DNA from: Takakia lepidozioides
Lineage: Eukaryota; Plantae; Bryophyta
Assembly (NCBI GenBank): GCA_030704615.1
Contig: CM060731.1
Coordinates: 496,001-560,000, forward strand
DNA length: 64,000 nucleotides
Reading direction: 5' to 3'
The stretch's first letter is position 1, and the number at the start of each line of letters is the position of its first letter. The translations under genes and the position numbers were made by a program. Under the pieces are notes generated by a model. The model was not told the DNA's origin. It made no database searches and saw only the letters and a list, made by a program, of their open reading frames with translations. Below, one piece after another: positions 1-13,620 of this stretch.

Positions 1-539
1 ATGGACTATTGCACCGGGGCATCAAGAACTCCCTGGTGTCAAAAGGCCAGCAGCAGGTCTCTGGGGAGTTCATGTACATCTACTCTAGACCCTGATAAGC
101 ACAGATTTTAGTTTGTGTTGTCATTGAAAGCAAATACTGGAAGATAAGCAAATGAATTGAAGTGTGGCTAACTTCACATCTCAAAAGTTGTTGTCACAGT
201 GAGTAATGATGTACAGGAGTTACAAGAGACTTATCAATGTGCCTAGGTATATGCCAAATGCAACTGAAGGGGACCAGCTTTGCTTCCTCGGACCTTAGTG
301 ACAAGTATCAAGGTTTCTAGTTTCTACAAACTAAGCAGTTTATCAACACTTGTTGCACTTACATTTAAACCCCGGGCTACCACAGTTTATGGATGTTGCA
401 TATGAGAAACTCAATTAGAGTTTGCGAGCGAGGCCTTCAATGTCTCACACCCATGTGTGGGAGCCTTAAAGACTCACCCATTTTCAGATTGGGGGTGTTG
501 TCACCATCCACCCTCTTCAGGACCAGCACAAACATAGCC

Positions 540-800
540 CCTGCGCCTCTGTTCAGCAACTTTCAAATTCTGGAAGCTGAGACTAAAGCCCACGGTCTAA
601 TAGTTGGGCAGCTCACACGCAGCAGATAGATGCTTGAGGGAAGGTCTCAGTTCTAGAGGAAATCTGGAGAGCCCGAAGTAATAGTTTATATGAAGGTAAG
701 TCCAGTATCCCTCACAAAGGAGTGTCTGTTCACTATCGTTTTGCCCAAAGTGGGTGCAGGGTCTATGGCAACAACGTCTTATGAGTACATTTCTCTCTCT
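540..800 (+). mobile_element. Non-LTR retrotransposon 3' end (family A, (CT)n tail)
   Basis: Aligns by eye with 38020-38293 and 38320-38589 (shared AACTTTCAAA..TGAG..TAAAGCCC, CAGCTCACAC..CAG, CCCTCACAAAG, CTTATGAGTACATT + CT tail). Boundaries approximate. Confidence 0.6.
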
Positions 801-2010
801 CCAAAGTAACCTCCCCCTCACGGAATCTGCTTTCCACGATTCTAGCAGCTCCCGGCTCCTCTGCCTTCCGCCTCCCCACTGTTTCCAACCTTTCTGCTTC
901 ATCCAAACTGTACGCGGGGTTCTGTGGCCACAAGGCTACAGCAAGCAACAAATAATGACCACCTCATGCTCTCCAGCGTTTGTCACAGAGTGTACCGTTC
1001 ACAGGCACCTAAGAGAGATCATGATTGAGACCCACGGACACGCTGTGACATTGCTTCTTGTTACATGTAAGAGCCTCTGTCGCAGTTTTAGGGGTGAATT
1101 CTGCGTACAATTTATCAATGTCGCCAGGTAGCTATGAAGGCACCACGCCGGGCTGCAGGGTGTCTGCTGAGGTCTGGGGTCCAGGACTTTACCTCTTACT
1201 TGGAGAAGACTGGCTCATATTCACTGTCGGAGTACCATTCCCCCTATACATCTGGGTCCAGTGGGAGGCACATTAGTGACCCACTACCTATGAGTCCAAA
1301 AGTGTCAGCTCATCCATCATTACAGCATCATGAATACAATCCTCCAACATGCCAAAATTGTCTCCTTGTCCATTCTCTGCGTGCTTTCACCTTGAAGCTT
1401 TCACCTCTTGAAGCATGACACCTTAGTACAAGGCCCTCATAAGGTCTCCATGAAATTGATGGTTACATACACATTGTCAGTTAGTGGTACCCCTACTGGT
1501 ATATCAAACCTGACAGCAGGCCTGCAAGTAGGGTCATGAATCCAATGATCAAGTAATTGAGGCCCTCCCTCATATCAATTTTGTCAGGGTCATAGAGTAT
1601 TTGGGGTCTTTGGCTTTGGTGACCAGCTTGGTCTTGATCTGAGTGCTTTGTCTCTCCACTTCAAAGTGTGTAGCTTTATGGTTTTATTTTCATATGTTTA
1701 TAATTGACTGATGTTTTATGCGTCCCTGTCCCCCTTCTGGATTGCAGGGTGTGCTGCCTTTCCAAACCATAAGCCAAATACAAGCAGAAGGCACAGAATG
1801 ACTTGATAACTCAAGTTGTGTTCACATGGTATGTGTCAGAAATGTGTAGACACAATGTGAAGGCGTTTTGATGTGGGATCTACAAACATGCTCAAGTCCT
1901 GTCCCCTTCCCAGCCATATACCAGAAGAATTACACTTCTGCACTCTCCTCATATTTGGCTCTTCTTAGGCGAAGGTGTATCCCTTCTAGAGTCAAGGTTA
2001 TTGAGAGCTT

Positions 2011-4457
2011 TCAAAACAATGCTTGCACCTTAAGTTCATGAGGCCTTGGAACATTCTGCCACCCAGCAAGGGAAGAAACTTTCTTCATCAGCGATTCATC
2101 GGCATGCTCAAGTGTCCATGTGGGATAGAATTCTTCGACCTGGAAGACCTGATCAGGGTTTTTAGAATGCCCTTCAGCGCCTTTCAGAAAAAGATCTTCC
2201 TCAGATCGGAGGCTTCCTGAGCATTCATGATCTTTGTCTCCAGCCTGCATTACAAATAGATAAGGTTGTTTCCAATAGTCTTCTCGTCAAGCAAAAGCCA
2301 AAAAATCTTGCATCCTTGGCCCTCTTCCTCTGACGTTGATGGTATGCATAAAAGCTGTTGGGAGGTAATCCAGAGGCCTATAACCAACTTTACTACAAGG
2401 GCAGTGCCACTCACTACAATGCTAACAGTCCTTTTTCCACTCCTATGCAAGCGATGTCCAATGGGTGTGAAGATTGGGACTCATGACCAGGGGGAATGTC
2501 GTGAAATCCTCCTAGAGCACACTTGGAAAGGCGGAGTGCATTTGAATTTTACAATGGGCCAAGACAGGAGAAGGGGTAACAGAGGGCCTAGATGATTGTA
2601 CACACCTTCTCAGTGTAGTATTCAAAGGCAGTGTTATGGGAGCCTGCTTCATACACACAACTCTGTGACAAAACCTGTCAAAAAGACCACACAGCTCGGA
2701 ATGTTTACTCTAGTTATAGAGAAGGATAGAAATCACATACACCTGGACTCAAGAGACTAGAAACACACAGACTTGGAGTTTATAGAACTTGGAGCAGAAG
2801 TTTCACAAGCAATGCAAGAAATCTTATGAAACAGGCGATGAGGTAGACCGTGCCCTCAACTCCCCTGTAGCCACATAATTCGTCAATGTTAGTTGAAGGA
2901 AGGCAAAGAAGTGGGAATGAAGATACCTGAGCCTCAACACTGGCACACACAGCATATATGGCCCAGTTTCTGGTGTAGTTGTTATAGAGATGAACTTTCC
3001 CAAAACGCACACGAGGGTGACGTTGCCTGGTTCCATCAAAGAAGCAGTGATGGATGGTGACTCGGATACACCGGTCATCCACATGTTTGGGGTCAGCTCC
3101 AATCAGCATGGTCTTATTGTGGTGTTGAAAGTGACACCTGCGGTCCATCTCACAACCCGTGCAGAAGGAATCACATACTGCACGTGTGTTACATCTTTCA
3201 AAACTCCTTTCGTTGTGAATGCTGAATTTTAACTTTCACATCATGGCAAAACAGTGGGAAAAAGGGTCAAATCATGCAGAGGCATCCTGCAAAAGCCATT
3301 CAGGTCACATTACCTTCAACAATAAAGCTTACACTTTTCAGACTATTTCTACATCATCATGACTCTCCTAAGTCTTACCTTGACACAGTGATGTTAGTCG
3401 ATTGGCGTGTGATATCTATACACCCATCATCAAAATCTGAAATTGAGCAGCGATCAATCCATACATTGTTGGTGTGGGGTTTAATTTGGATTCCGTCTGC
3501 ATCAGGACCCTGGCCACGCTCCAACTCCAAATTACAGATAACCACATGCTCACACTCCTTGAGCTGCAGTCCTTTCCCTGTGATCTTTACTCGCTGGCCG
3601 CGCCCATCTATAGTTTTGTAAGATGAGACACGGCAGTATTTCGATAGAGTTATGGTGCCAGACAACTCGAACACAATCCACAAAGGATGCTTTTGACGGC
3701 ACCCTTCTCGCAAGGTACCTGGGCCATCATCTGCTCCCAACATTCAACGACCCCCACTGTCAATTTCTATAGCGGAACAAAACTTGCTGACCAGGCATCG
3801 GCATTTTTGAGCCGCATGTTAAACGGTGGTGTACAGCGCTTGTGAAGTAATTGAAACGGACTTAGCCGAATGAATTAAAACGCTATAGTGGCGTCGAATA
3901 GGACAAAGTCCTCAAAGTCAGTAAGTAAATTCAAGCACGCAAGAGAATTGTGTGAGGGTGCAGAGCAGATAGGGAATCGAGGCATTTTGTAAGATCGTCA
4001 AGCTATCGTTGGTCTTCAACCTCTCGTTCAATGTACAAGACACTGTTGTACACTTTCCGAGTAGGATTTACAATACATCACATATTCCCACAAAAAAAAA
4101 AAACGTAACAATCTATCCCAGTCTCCATTCTGGCTGTAAGAGAGGCCAGCCAAAGCTGAGAAACGAACCCACCACGTGATAGAGAGACGAATGAGGACTG
4201 TATGAGATTATTACAAAAGGGAACAAACACCAGTCCTCACGCAGGCTCTAGCATTCCGAACTAGCATGAATACCAAAAGGCAGAGGCCAGAGATAAGAAG
4301 GAGAGGGTTTGGATTAACAAGGCGCGCTACCAGCAAGAGAGGTGACACAGTAGACTTCTCCATGAAGTCCACCAATTGCCGCACGCCCAAACCCTTCTGC
4401 AGCACCTGCCAATGCACGCAGATGGCTGTCAACATTTGCGTAAGGCCCCACTTCCAT
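2011..4457 (-). CDS. Pectate lyase-like protein (PL1; At3g55140/At3g09540-like subgroup), 5 exons
   Basis: Exons 4457-4331, 3730-3379, 3137-2927, 2674-2606 and 2244-2011 have GT-AG borders and compatible phases. Motifs: PYANVDSHLRALAGAAEGFG, DDGPGTLREG, KTIDGRGQ, DGIQIKP, WIDRCS..DDG.IDI, RHPRVRFGKVHLYNNY. Confidence 0.93.
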
Positions 4458-5891
4458 CGCCTCCTGATGAGCAGAGAGGAGCTGAGGACGCCCGTGAAGA
4501 TGAAACTACTCTGCCTCTACCTCCCTCTCTTCATCTCCAGACTTGAACTCATCTGATCAATCAAATACCGTATGCAAGAGCACCCAAGTGCGAATTTGAA
4601 ATGTAGGGTCACACATGAAGCAAGCAATCCTTTCTGACACATCGCATAGACGTGGCATACTCCCACTATCACACGGCAGGGCAGCAATGCAACGCCTGCT
4701 GCAGGCTCTTGGCCTGCCTCCGCACTAAAGTATGTCCCAGACACCAAGGGGACAGTGCCGGGGCTGCCCAGCCTCCCACCTGCCCGCTGCGCCACGTCCT
4801 CTACGCCACGCTGGCGCACAAGGTAATGGGAAAGCCTTGCCGTGGGCTCTACTCGGGGACCTTGTCTCCCATATCTCACAAGTATATGGCTCATTGCGAC
4901 AACGTATAGAAGATATATACCTGCAGCAGGTACCTCACCCTGGTGGTTCAGGGTTTAAATCCTGCTACTCTGTCCTGTGGGACGTATGTATTCAGCTCAC
5001 TCTCCCTATTAATTAATACATCTATGGTTCATGTTTACGGTTTTTCTTAGGGCCCGAGTGTGTAGAGCCCACTAGGTACTAACTTAGTAAGTAGCAAGAG
5101 GAGGGGGAAGAGAGCGCGCCTCTCCTTTATACAGTCGGACCTGGCTAAATGTTACCTCTACAAGTGTTAAAAACCCATAAGTGTTATGGAAACTTCTACT
5201 CCCTTATAAAATACACTAGCAAGTGTTAAGTGTATAAGTGTTAGAAAAGTTTTACTCCCTTCTTCATTAAAATGACCCATGTAAGTGTTAAGGGTGAGGA
5301 TAATGGATTAGGATCACGATAAGGCTTGCATGAAAGTAACTAGTAATATCTAAAACAAATCCTCTTGATGTCGTCACAATTTGTTTCTAAAAACCACCAA
5401 CCAATCGTGACCATACCTTCATTAATTCCTAATGACCACTTCCACAAACACAACTTTTACCCAAAACCATCGGCGTGAACTCCGATCAGTGAGGAGTTTG
5501 CATACCATGCATAAAACTTTGAAAAAAGAGGCTACGTTGTAAATGCTACTTGAGATTCAAAGTTTTGCCTACTCATTTCTGTTCTTGCAAGATTACAATC
5601 AATCTGTACCAATGATCTAGTTATGGTAGTCTCACCATATTGAGTTTTGGCTCTAGTATAGTTATGAGGTGACTGATCGGTATGCAATATTTTGAATCTA
5701 GATTTTTAGGAAGTAGTTGTTTAGTATCATTTAAGTTTAGGTTTGAGCAATATACTATGGGGAAGCCATTTGAATTCACACTGGTACAGAAACGAGAAAT
5801 TCTCAAACATCATGAGTTGCTATTGTCAAGCGGTCAGATAATCATCAACCGTGCAATGATAGCTTGGGCAAATTGAACGTTTCATACCTCA

Positions 5892-6045
5892 GCTTATCTC
5901 GAGGTTATTGAAACGAAAAGATTTGTTGGTTATGAAGGTCATCATAAGAGTGACTCTATTGATGATCATGTAGTAGAAACTGTGAGTTTCAAAGATGCTC
6001 TTAGTGCACTTGAGGTTTTGAAGCAATTCTTGGAGCAAAGGCCCA
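5892..6045 (+). pseudogene. pogo/Tigger-like transposase C-terminal remnant, left part (interrupted by the 15.6-kb element)
   Basis: Reads ...VETVSFKDALSALEVLKQFLEQRP, resembling pogo/CENP-B-family C-terminal helices. The frame continues beyond the element at 21648. Confidence 0.55.
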
Positions 6046-6075
6046 AACCCTATTTTAATTAATTCTGGACTTTTG
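6046..6075 (+). repeat. Left terminal inverted repeat (30 bp)
   Basis: Reverse complement of 21614-21643 with 2 mismatches; preceded by TSD CCCA. Confidence 0.9.
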
Positions 6076-6479
6076 GCTTAAATGCGGACTAAATTTAATA
6101 TACATTTGTATTAAATTTAATTGAAATATTAATAATATCATGGTGTAATGTGTGATTGAACTTTGTGAAGTTTCAGGTGATGTCATACTTCTTTAAAAAT
6201 GTGTCATAGAAGAGGTCCATTTGACATTGAAGTGCTCAATGTGAAGTAGCAGTATTGAACAATTCATTGAACGCCCACTTGAAAGTCGAATAAAGGTAAA
6301 TTCCATTGCAGATCATCATGTAAACAAATGGGTCGCATCGAACATGGGCCAAACTCGTACTCTACAATACTCGATACAACTTGCTAGTAATTATTGATTG
6401 AATCTTCATATGAAGCACGATGTTCACATACCACGCCATTGGAATGAATCATGTTTTGGATGTGACAAGGGCAATAAAA

Positions 6480-8100
6480 TATTAGAATAGCATGAAACAT
6501 TCGGAGAGGTACTAGGTTAGGAGGTACAATAAGTTTGGGGTGTGTAATTAGAGAGAAGTGTAATAAGGTTTGGGTTTACAGTAAGGGTAAGGGTTTAGGG
6601 TTTGGATTTAAGACAAACAAATATGATGGACTCACACTCGGTAGAATTAAGACATGGTTGAGGAATTTGATATCCCTGTAATTATTCTATCATACCTTAT
6701 CCAACAAAAGAAAATATTAAAAGAGCATGAAACATTGAGAAGATGTAACATGATAGTACAATAAGGTTTGGAGTGTTACTAGGGTATTACACTAAAGTTA
6801 TTGGTTTATGGTAAGATTAATGGTTAGGGGTGATGGTAAAGGGTAGGGTTTTCGGTTTGCCAGGTTAATAACACTATTGGACAAACAAATATGGAGGACT
6901 CACAGTCGCTAGAACTTGGGTGTGTTAGAAGGATAAAAAATAAAATAAAAAATGGAGAAACAAATATTATGGAAGAGTCGTTGGGCCGAAGAAGTATTTA
7001 GATTGAGGATTCGTCCTTGGAACCTGATATTAAGATACATATGGTTATGGTATGGATACTTCATTCCCATTTGCAAGGGAAGGGTAAGGGTTTAGACGTA
7101 ACAATGGCGTAGGGTTTTGTTTAGGGTTTCCGACGAGGGTTTAGGGTTTGGGTTGAAGGCAGAGAATGGTGAGCATGGTGAGCATACATGCGGAAGACTC
7201 GCACTCGCTACAACTTAGTGTTGTTAGTAAGGTAGTACTAAGCAAAATAAAAATGAAGAACCTAATATTAGGGAAGTCTAGATTGCATCGGACAAGTATT
7301 TAAATGAAATACTCGTCCTTGGAACCTGGTATTAAGATACATAGAAAGCAAAGTTCGATATAAAAAAGTAAGTGCATGTCAATCCATACCAAAGGTAAAA
7401 CCTTGCGCAAGGTGAAGGGCGAAGAGATTTGAATAACCATAAATAGTTATGGTTATGGTATGGATACTTCATTCCCAGTTAAAGGGAAATGGTAAGTGTT
7501 TAGACTTAACAATGGCGTAGGGTTTCCTTAGGGTTTTCGATGAGGGTTTAGGGCTTGGGTTGAAGGCGGAAATGGTGAGCATACTGCCGGAAGAACTCGC
7601 ACTCGCTACAACTTAGTGTGTTTAATATGGTACAAATGGAAATTGGTTACATTGAAGAGATTGGATAACCAAAAGGGTTATAATTATGGTATGGATAGTT
7701 GATTCCCTTGCAAAGGGAAGGGAAAGGGTTCTGGGATATTGGGTTAAGGATAATGTTTAGGGTTTTCTAGTAAGGGTTAGGGTAAGGTTTAGGGTTTCTG
7801 TTTAAGTTACAAAATAGACAAACAATAAGTCTTATGGAAAACTCCAGACTTCGCTAGAACTTAGTGTTGTTAGTAGGGTATTAGTAAGCAAAAAAAAAAT
7901 TGAAGAACCAAATTATGGACAAGTATTTAAATGAAAGACTCGTCGTTGGAACCGGACTAGTATTATAAGATGTAACATGCCTAAATGCATTGTCAACCAA
8001 AACAAAGAAAAAAGCTAGCGAAATGTGAAAGGAGAGAAGGAGAGAAGACATTCAAAACCATAATGGTTATGGCTATGGCTTATGGTTATGATATGAATAG
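6480..8100 (+). repeat. Subterminal degenerate tandem array (about 5 units of 250-400 bp) rich in plant telomere-like TTTAGGG
   Basis: Anchor motif GACTCRCACTCGCTASAACTTAG recurs near 6629, 6897, 7196, 7595 and 7840. 7041-7230 is close to 7448-7625. About six perfect TTTAGGG and many variants (TAAGGG, TTTGGG), all on the + strand. Confidence 0.8.
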
Positions 8101-8823
8101 ATTTGGAAAGAGAAAATGGCGGTATATAAACGACTTTTGGGAAGCGCCTGGATCTCATGGGAGAAAATGGATCTGAAGAAACATGAGAGAGGATAAAAAA
8201 TCAGACCACCAAATAAAAACTATGAGAAATAAAAAATGCTTAAAAGTTGAACAACGGAAAAGGACATGTGAAATTCCTCTTAAACTAGGGCCAAAGATTA
8301 GAAGTATGAAAAATGAAATGAAATGAGAATTTGGTGCAGAAAAGTCGTAGAGCGCTAGAGGGAAAATGGAGGAAAACCTCATAGAAAAAACTGGGGAATG
8401 GCAAATAAAAATTGTATGTCAACAACGATTGAGTAGGCTCCCCCTAGTGGGAGACTTCAGTGGGAGAATGGTTATGCGAAAAGCAAGTCCAATGTTTCAA
8501 AGAAGGACTGGAAATGGGCTATTTTCTTCTGTTGTTAAAAACCTCTTTGACCAAATTTGAAAGACTCCAGTGGGTCATTGCTCGACCATGTTGTTTTTGT
8601 GATGTAATATTATGTAGGCGAAACTCCCCCACAGGGTCATCTTTGTACAGGACGTACAGCAGGCCAACATCCAGCAAACCAGAAAAAAGGACGAGAACGT
8701 CACTGGACATTCGAGGTTCAGTGCGACAATAAGAAGAAAGAAAAAATGATCCCCAAACGCAAACAAGAAGGGCCATATAGGGAAGAAAAATTTATTTTTT
8801 AAATCGAAGTACTGGAGTTGACC

Positions 8824-11800
8824 TCAACAATATGTCTTTGGTCTGGAACTTGCTCGCACGACTCGTTTTCTGATGAGATTAGCCTCCTCCAAATTAGCGC
8901 GCACCTTCACTGCCTTCGGCGGCAGTTATTCTCTTAGTGTTATTCTTGTCATATTTTTCGTGGAGGCATTGTCAACAACATTGTTCACGTGGACCATTGA
9001 GAAAGATCTGACGAGTTATACTCCCAAAGTTTTGACCAACAATCCCGTTACCTTCCAAGTCTGTTGGGTTACCACCTTTTCTCGGTCTCCACCACTCCAC
9101 CTTCACCTTCTTAAAATAGGATCCTCCCTTTCGCAGGATCACGTCAGATATTGCAACCCCATCCAGACGGGGCACGTACTTGGGTCATAAGGGCGAACGA
9201 GCACAACAAAAAACCCTTTCTCAATATCCTTGAACGGATTCAGGGATATTCTTGGTCGCTCACACCTCGGGCCACAGTAAGGTTATAGGATTTCATCCTC
9301 TTCTTCACATCTGGCAATATATGTGGATGGATTCCATCTTGTGATGATTCTTGGACCAATTTGTTTTCGGCCAGAATCTCAAGAAGCTGGAATACGGTCG
9401 GGAGCTTTCTGGAATTGGCTTATCCAGCTCGGCGAGAATGTTTCCCAGTACTGGTCGTATGTTCTATTCGACCTTTGTAATGATCGTCAAGCATTTCTCA
9501 TTCCTTCGTCCAAAAAATCCCTGTATTTTTTTATTCCATTATTAAATTAATGACTATTTTTTGGAGGAGTCGTCCCCGACTCCCCAGATAGGTCTCCTTG
9601 GAACGGCATCTGGGTGTCCTTCACGGAGCTTCGGAGTCCCGTCAGGATTGGACTTCCACATCTTCACGCTATTGTTTGTTGTGAAGCCAATCCGAATCAG
9701 TAGCGGACTTCTTGTACTTCATGACGGGAGCCATCCGCATCCTTAAAAAAAAGGAAGACGTGCATTTCCGAAATCCCGACCAACGCCTCTTTTCCATCCA
9801 GAATACAGCCCTTGACAAATTCTTGAAGTCGGGAACCTCCTGAATAATCTGTGGAATGAACTGCAGATCTTGCGAGGTCATAAAAGACCTCATCAAATCC
9901 GAAAGAAGAATGTAGGTTCTTCGTTCCTTAGCTTTTCGAAAGGTAGCTGAAGAACCCGTCGATGTCCTCATGGGGTGTCCGACCATTAGGAACCCTAGCT
10001 GGATTTCTTCAAAAACATCTTTGGGGTCAGGAGGGATAGAAAAACAAGCATCCATCTGGTCTTATTGTCCTTCGCAGAGTTGTCCATTGCAAATCAGTTT
10101 TCTCGGAGAGTGGAACGAGCACCACGTTTGTCTTCGGCCTGCAGGGTTTAAGAGCATCCAAACATCTTGATTTACGTCTTAAAAGTGATTCGAAGAACTC
10201 GTTTTGAAGTCGGTAATCGAAAATGTTCCTGACTCGCGACAGGTTTGGCTCTCCAGCTGGCGCAGGCAACGTGCCAAGAACCAATTATTAAAAGTTTGAA
10301 TTTCCCTTCCAGGACTCAAGAGAATACTGACCGTAAGCTCCATCACCGTGTCCGTGCGTGATCATTCCCGTTAGTGAAACTGGAAGCTGACCCAATCCAG
10401 AGAAATCATCTTATTTGGAGTCTGTAGCTTGGAACAGCTGTTTTTCCTGATGTCCATTTTGTCGTGAATAATAAGAGAGAAACTCCTCGGAATCATAACA
10501 GACTCATTCTTCCAGCTATGGTACAGTCTTCTGCACGACTCTTGGTGCCTCAAATGTTTATCAAGCGTTTCGTTGTGTGTCACCTGTTCCGCACTTCTCT
10601 TGACAAATTCTGATCAGGTCCCTGAACATCTCACACACCGTGCACTTCGCAAATGTACTCCGATTTTTACGAACCTCCACGTTAGGAAAAATCCGACTCC
10701 GGATGCGGCTAACAGCCGACTGCGAGACTCCTTCCAACCCGAAAAGTTTGTTGGTCTGTTACAATAAGGCAGGTCAGGAAAGGAACGTCCACTGGACAGT
10801 GGAGGTAGCAGTTCATGAAGCTAGAACATAGTCGAAAGAGACAAAACGAAGGGAGGATCATTCACATTGAATCAGAAAAAATATCCAGGAAAGAAATTGA
10901 AAAAATGGAGATTTATACCTCGTTGGACTCGTCGGTATTCGCTTCCAGTTCATTTCAGGTGGTAAGAACTTTCAAAGTATCCCTCCTCCCTCCCCAATGA
11001 TCTTGTCTTATGGGGCATGAGGTCAGTTTTCCGTTGACAATGGACATAATGTTACCCTTGCCTGAAGCGTCCTTGGGCGTGGCCTCTTCTCCACGGTTCC
11101 CATGGAGACTTGACAACCAACCCTGTTTACTCAACTTTTTGTACTCCATGTATGTGGACCTGCCAATTCCATGAATTGTCCACCAAGCAGTCTCACATAC
11201 ATCCACACCCTCAATCGTAACATATGCCTGCGAGAGAGGTCCCTTCCACCATGTGAAGTCGTTTCGAAACAATCAGTCCGTGTTCTTTCCTCTCATCGAA
11301 AGTCCAAAAAAAAGGTACGGATAGCCAAGGGTTTTCACCAATCGAAATATTGACAGCAGTGAAGTCTGCAGCAAGGTTTGCTGCTCACGGACCGGACTTC
11401 CTCTAGAGTAAGATTCTTCATTTTTTTTTTGGAGTGTTCAAAATCTTGATCCCTCTTCTTTCTCGTTAAATGCCGATACGCCCCTTTCTTACACTGCTCG
11501 TGTGATCTTCGTACAAGATACTGTCAGAGGATCTAATAAAATTCTCCAGATCATTTGAGAGTAGTTTCCCACTTCCAAAAGTCGTGTTTTTGTTAAGGCC
11601 ATTTTACAAGAGACATCAAAGATCCAGAACTCCAGAAAGTATTCTGGTGACAAGAACTCCAACATCGTCCTCTTCCAGTTTGTCATTGAGGATCACCTCG
11701 TCCGGAATGCAGGCTTGAATCCTCCCCTCGAATAGTGCACCCCCATCATCACCCAACAGTACGCATTGCAAGTTTCTCCAGTTGATTCTTCCGAGTCCTC

Positions 11801-12264
11801 TGCTCGGATTCCCGGAACTCTTCGATGGTCTGTGGTTTGATTCATCCTCGTCATCGTTAGAATTCTCGGCAGTATCTCTTGTCTCCGGCATAAAATCAGG
11901 ATTCATGTCAGGCCCTCCTTGACACTCGTTATTCTCCGCCAGAACTTCGCCAACATTCCACATCACCGAGGTCCCAATGGCTCCTTCAAGGTGTCAGCAT
12001 CCATATGTCCATAATGAGAGAGGACATAATGAGTGTGCTTCGTCACAGGAGATGAGAACTACTGAAATGGTTGAGGAAGATAACTGTTGTCCATGACAGG
12101 TCCCAACCCTGGAGACATTAAGGCAGTCCCCAGTGGCTACTGGAGATGAGGACCGGGGAAGAGTAAGAAACACTCTTTGACCCGTCTCTAAAATCATGAT
12201 CACCGAACCCTCCACTGCACACGCGAGGTTCAAGAGACTGGAAACCCCTCAGTGACGACCTTAC
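8824..12264 (-). pseudogene. Sola-type DDD transposase (DUF7869-like), intron-containing, many 1-bp frameshifts as assembled
   Basis: Pieced across frames: CC..HCC, VCETAWWTIHGI, intron 10918-10756 (GT-AG), STFAKCTVCE, IIHDKMD (about 10452-10470), QLPVSLTGMITHGHGDG, MDNSAKDNK (about 10060-10087), FEEIQLGFLMVGH(T)HEDIDGFFSYLSK, then FVVLVRP..PVWMG..VKVEWWRP. Stop at 8824-8826; 5' end approximate. Confidence 0.85.
10783..10808. repeat. Element-internal 26-bp palindrome copy (in transposase intron)
   Basis: GAACGTCCACTG-GA-CAGTGGAGGTAG inside intron 10756-10918. Confidence 0.85.
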
Positions 12265-12419
12265 TGACAGTAATAAGCAGTATGAGTGAAGACTCTATTC
12301 AGAGATGAATCAATTCAATAAAAGGAAAATACACTCGCGTATGAACGTTTCAGAGAAGTAGAATAGAAATGGAATTGTGTTGGTCGGGAACATGTCATTT
12401 GAAGATTGTGTCTAATTAT

Positions 12420-12445
12420 AAACCTCCATTGTACAGTGGAGGTTA
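12420..12445. repeat. Element-internal palindrome copy (probable 5' UTR intron of transposase gene)
   Basis: AACCTCCATTG-TA-CAGTGGAGGTT; a half copy follows at 12548-12565. Confidence 0.85.
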
Positions 12446-12879
12446 GATGAGATACAGATGAAAAAGTCAGACGGATGAATATTAGTGGATGAACATCGTT
12501 ACGTGGATGAATAATTGTAATGACGGATGGATGTGAGCATTGTCGCGACTGTCCAGTGGAGGTCCACGACTTCAGGTATAATGAAATACAGAAATCGGAG
12601 AGAATTGGACTGTAATTTCTAAACATGCAAATGACAAATAAGTAGATTTTCTAGTAGAGTATAGAAAACACATAGATTTCTTAACATTTTCTAGGGTGAA
12701 AATGCAGTTCACACGAGAGATTATGGAAATTCAGAGAGTTACACCTGCGATGGCCGCAGAGGTACTGGATGCTCAGAGAGGTGCAGTATGGGAAGCGAGG
12801 TGGGAGATGACCAGAGAGGTGCGGGAAACACAATCTGCAAGTGAGAGGTATGGAGATAGAAGTTTGAACAGTTTGCACT

Positions 12880-13620
12880 CAGACCTTATATAGAGGTGGA
12901 AACCAGGTTGCCCGCTGGAACTCCTCCAATGGGATAGTGCGATACATTGTCTCCCGGATCGATTTCCGTCGCCGTTGATATCCGGTATGACCACAATCGA
13001 ATGGGTCTGGATGGTGCAGGAGTGCACTCTTTGACTGATTTCGGAAAAGAGTGTCATTTACTGGTAGATCCCTATGTAACAATTATGATGCCAGAAAGAT
13101 AACGGCCGATAACGGTGGTTCAATGGTCTCGCACTCGTGCTTATAAAGCAGTACGTATATTTTCGCATTCAATGTTGTCCAAGTGGATGATGGCCTGACG
13201 CCGATGACAAGTTGCAGCTATGACACTCGGCCGAGAATGCGGCCAGCGTAAATGAGTGACAGTGGAAATATTCCAAGCCTTAATCCGCCGAATGTAGACA
13301 TGGTCAGGAGCAATTATTCCCGCGGCAAAACGCCGCAAGAGGATCTGACTTGTACATTTCATTTATCGTCACGTGGGGGGTGTGGGAAATATCCCATGGG
13401 GTTATAATTGATGATCCTGTGCAAGGGATCATTAACGTCATATTTTCTCGTTCATTCATCTATTTTTTCATTTCATCTACTCATTCGTAAAATGGATGGA
13501 TAGAATGGAAAGGATGAATTGGATGATATTTGCATGGATGTTGGATAAAACACGCGCGACCGTTCGATTTCGAAAGGACGCGATGGTTCAGATCCTTTGC
13601 GACGGCACCATATAAGGGCT
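12880..13620. promoter_or_regulatory. Putative divergent promoter between transposase (-) and cargo gene (+)
   Basis: TATA-like CTATATAAG on - near 12885-12893 and CATATAAG on + near 13609-13616. Each is followed by a UTR-like exon and a GT donor (about 12743 on -, about 13971 on +). Inference. Confidence 0.45.

Noticed and set aside
1-110. Possible last exon of a gene upstream of the window
   Set aside because: Short open frames with no recognisable motif; cannot be supported.
4517-5016. GC-rich overlapping ORFs upstream of the pectate lyase
   Set aside because: No domain similarity or splice structure; more likely promoter or repeat-derived sequence.
6480-8100. True telomere or chromosome-fusion scar
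   Set aside because: There is no long perfect (TTTAGGG)n run or head-to-head inversion; the repeats are embedded in larger units inside the TIRs.
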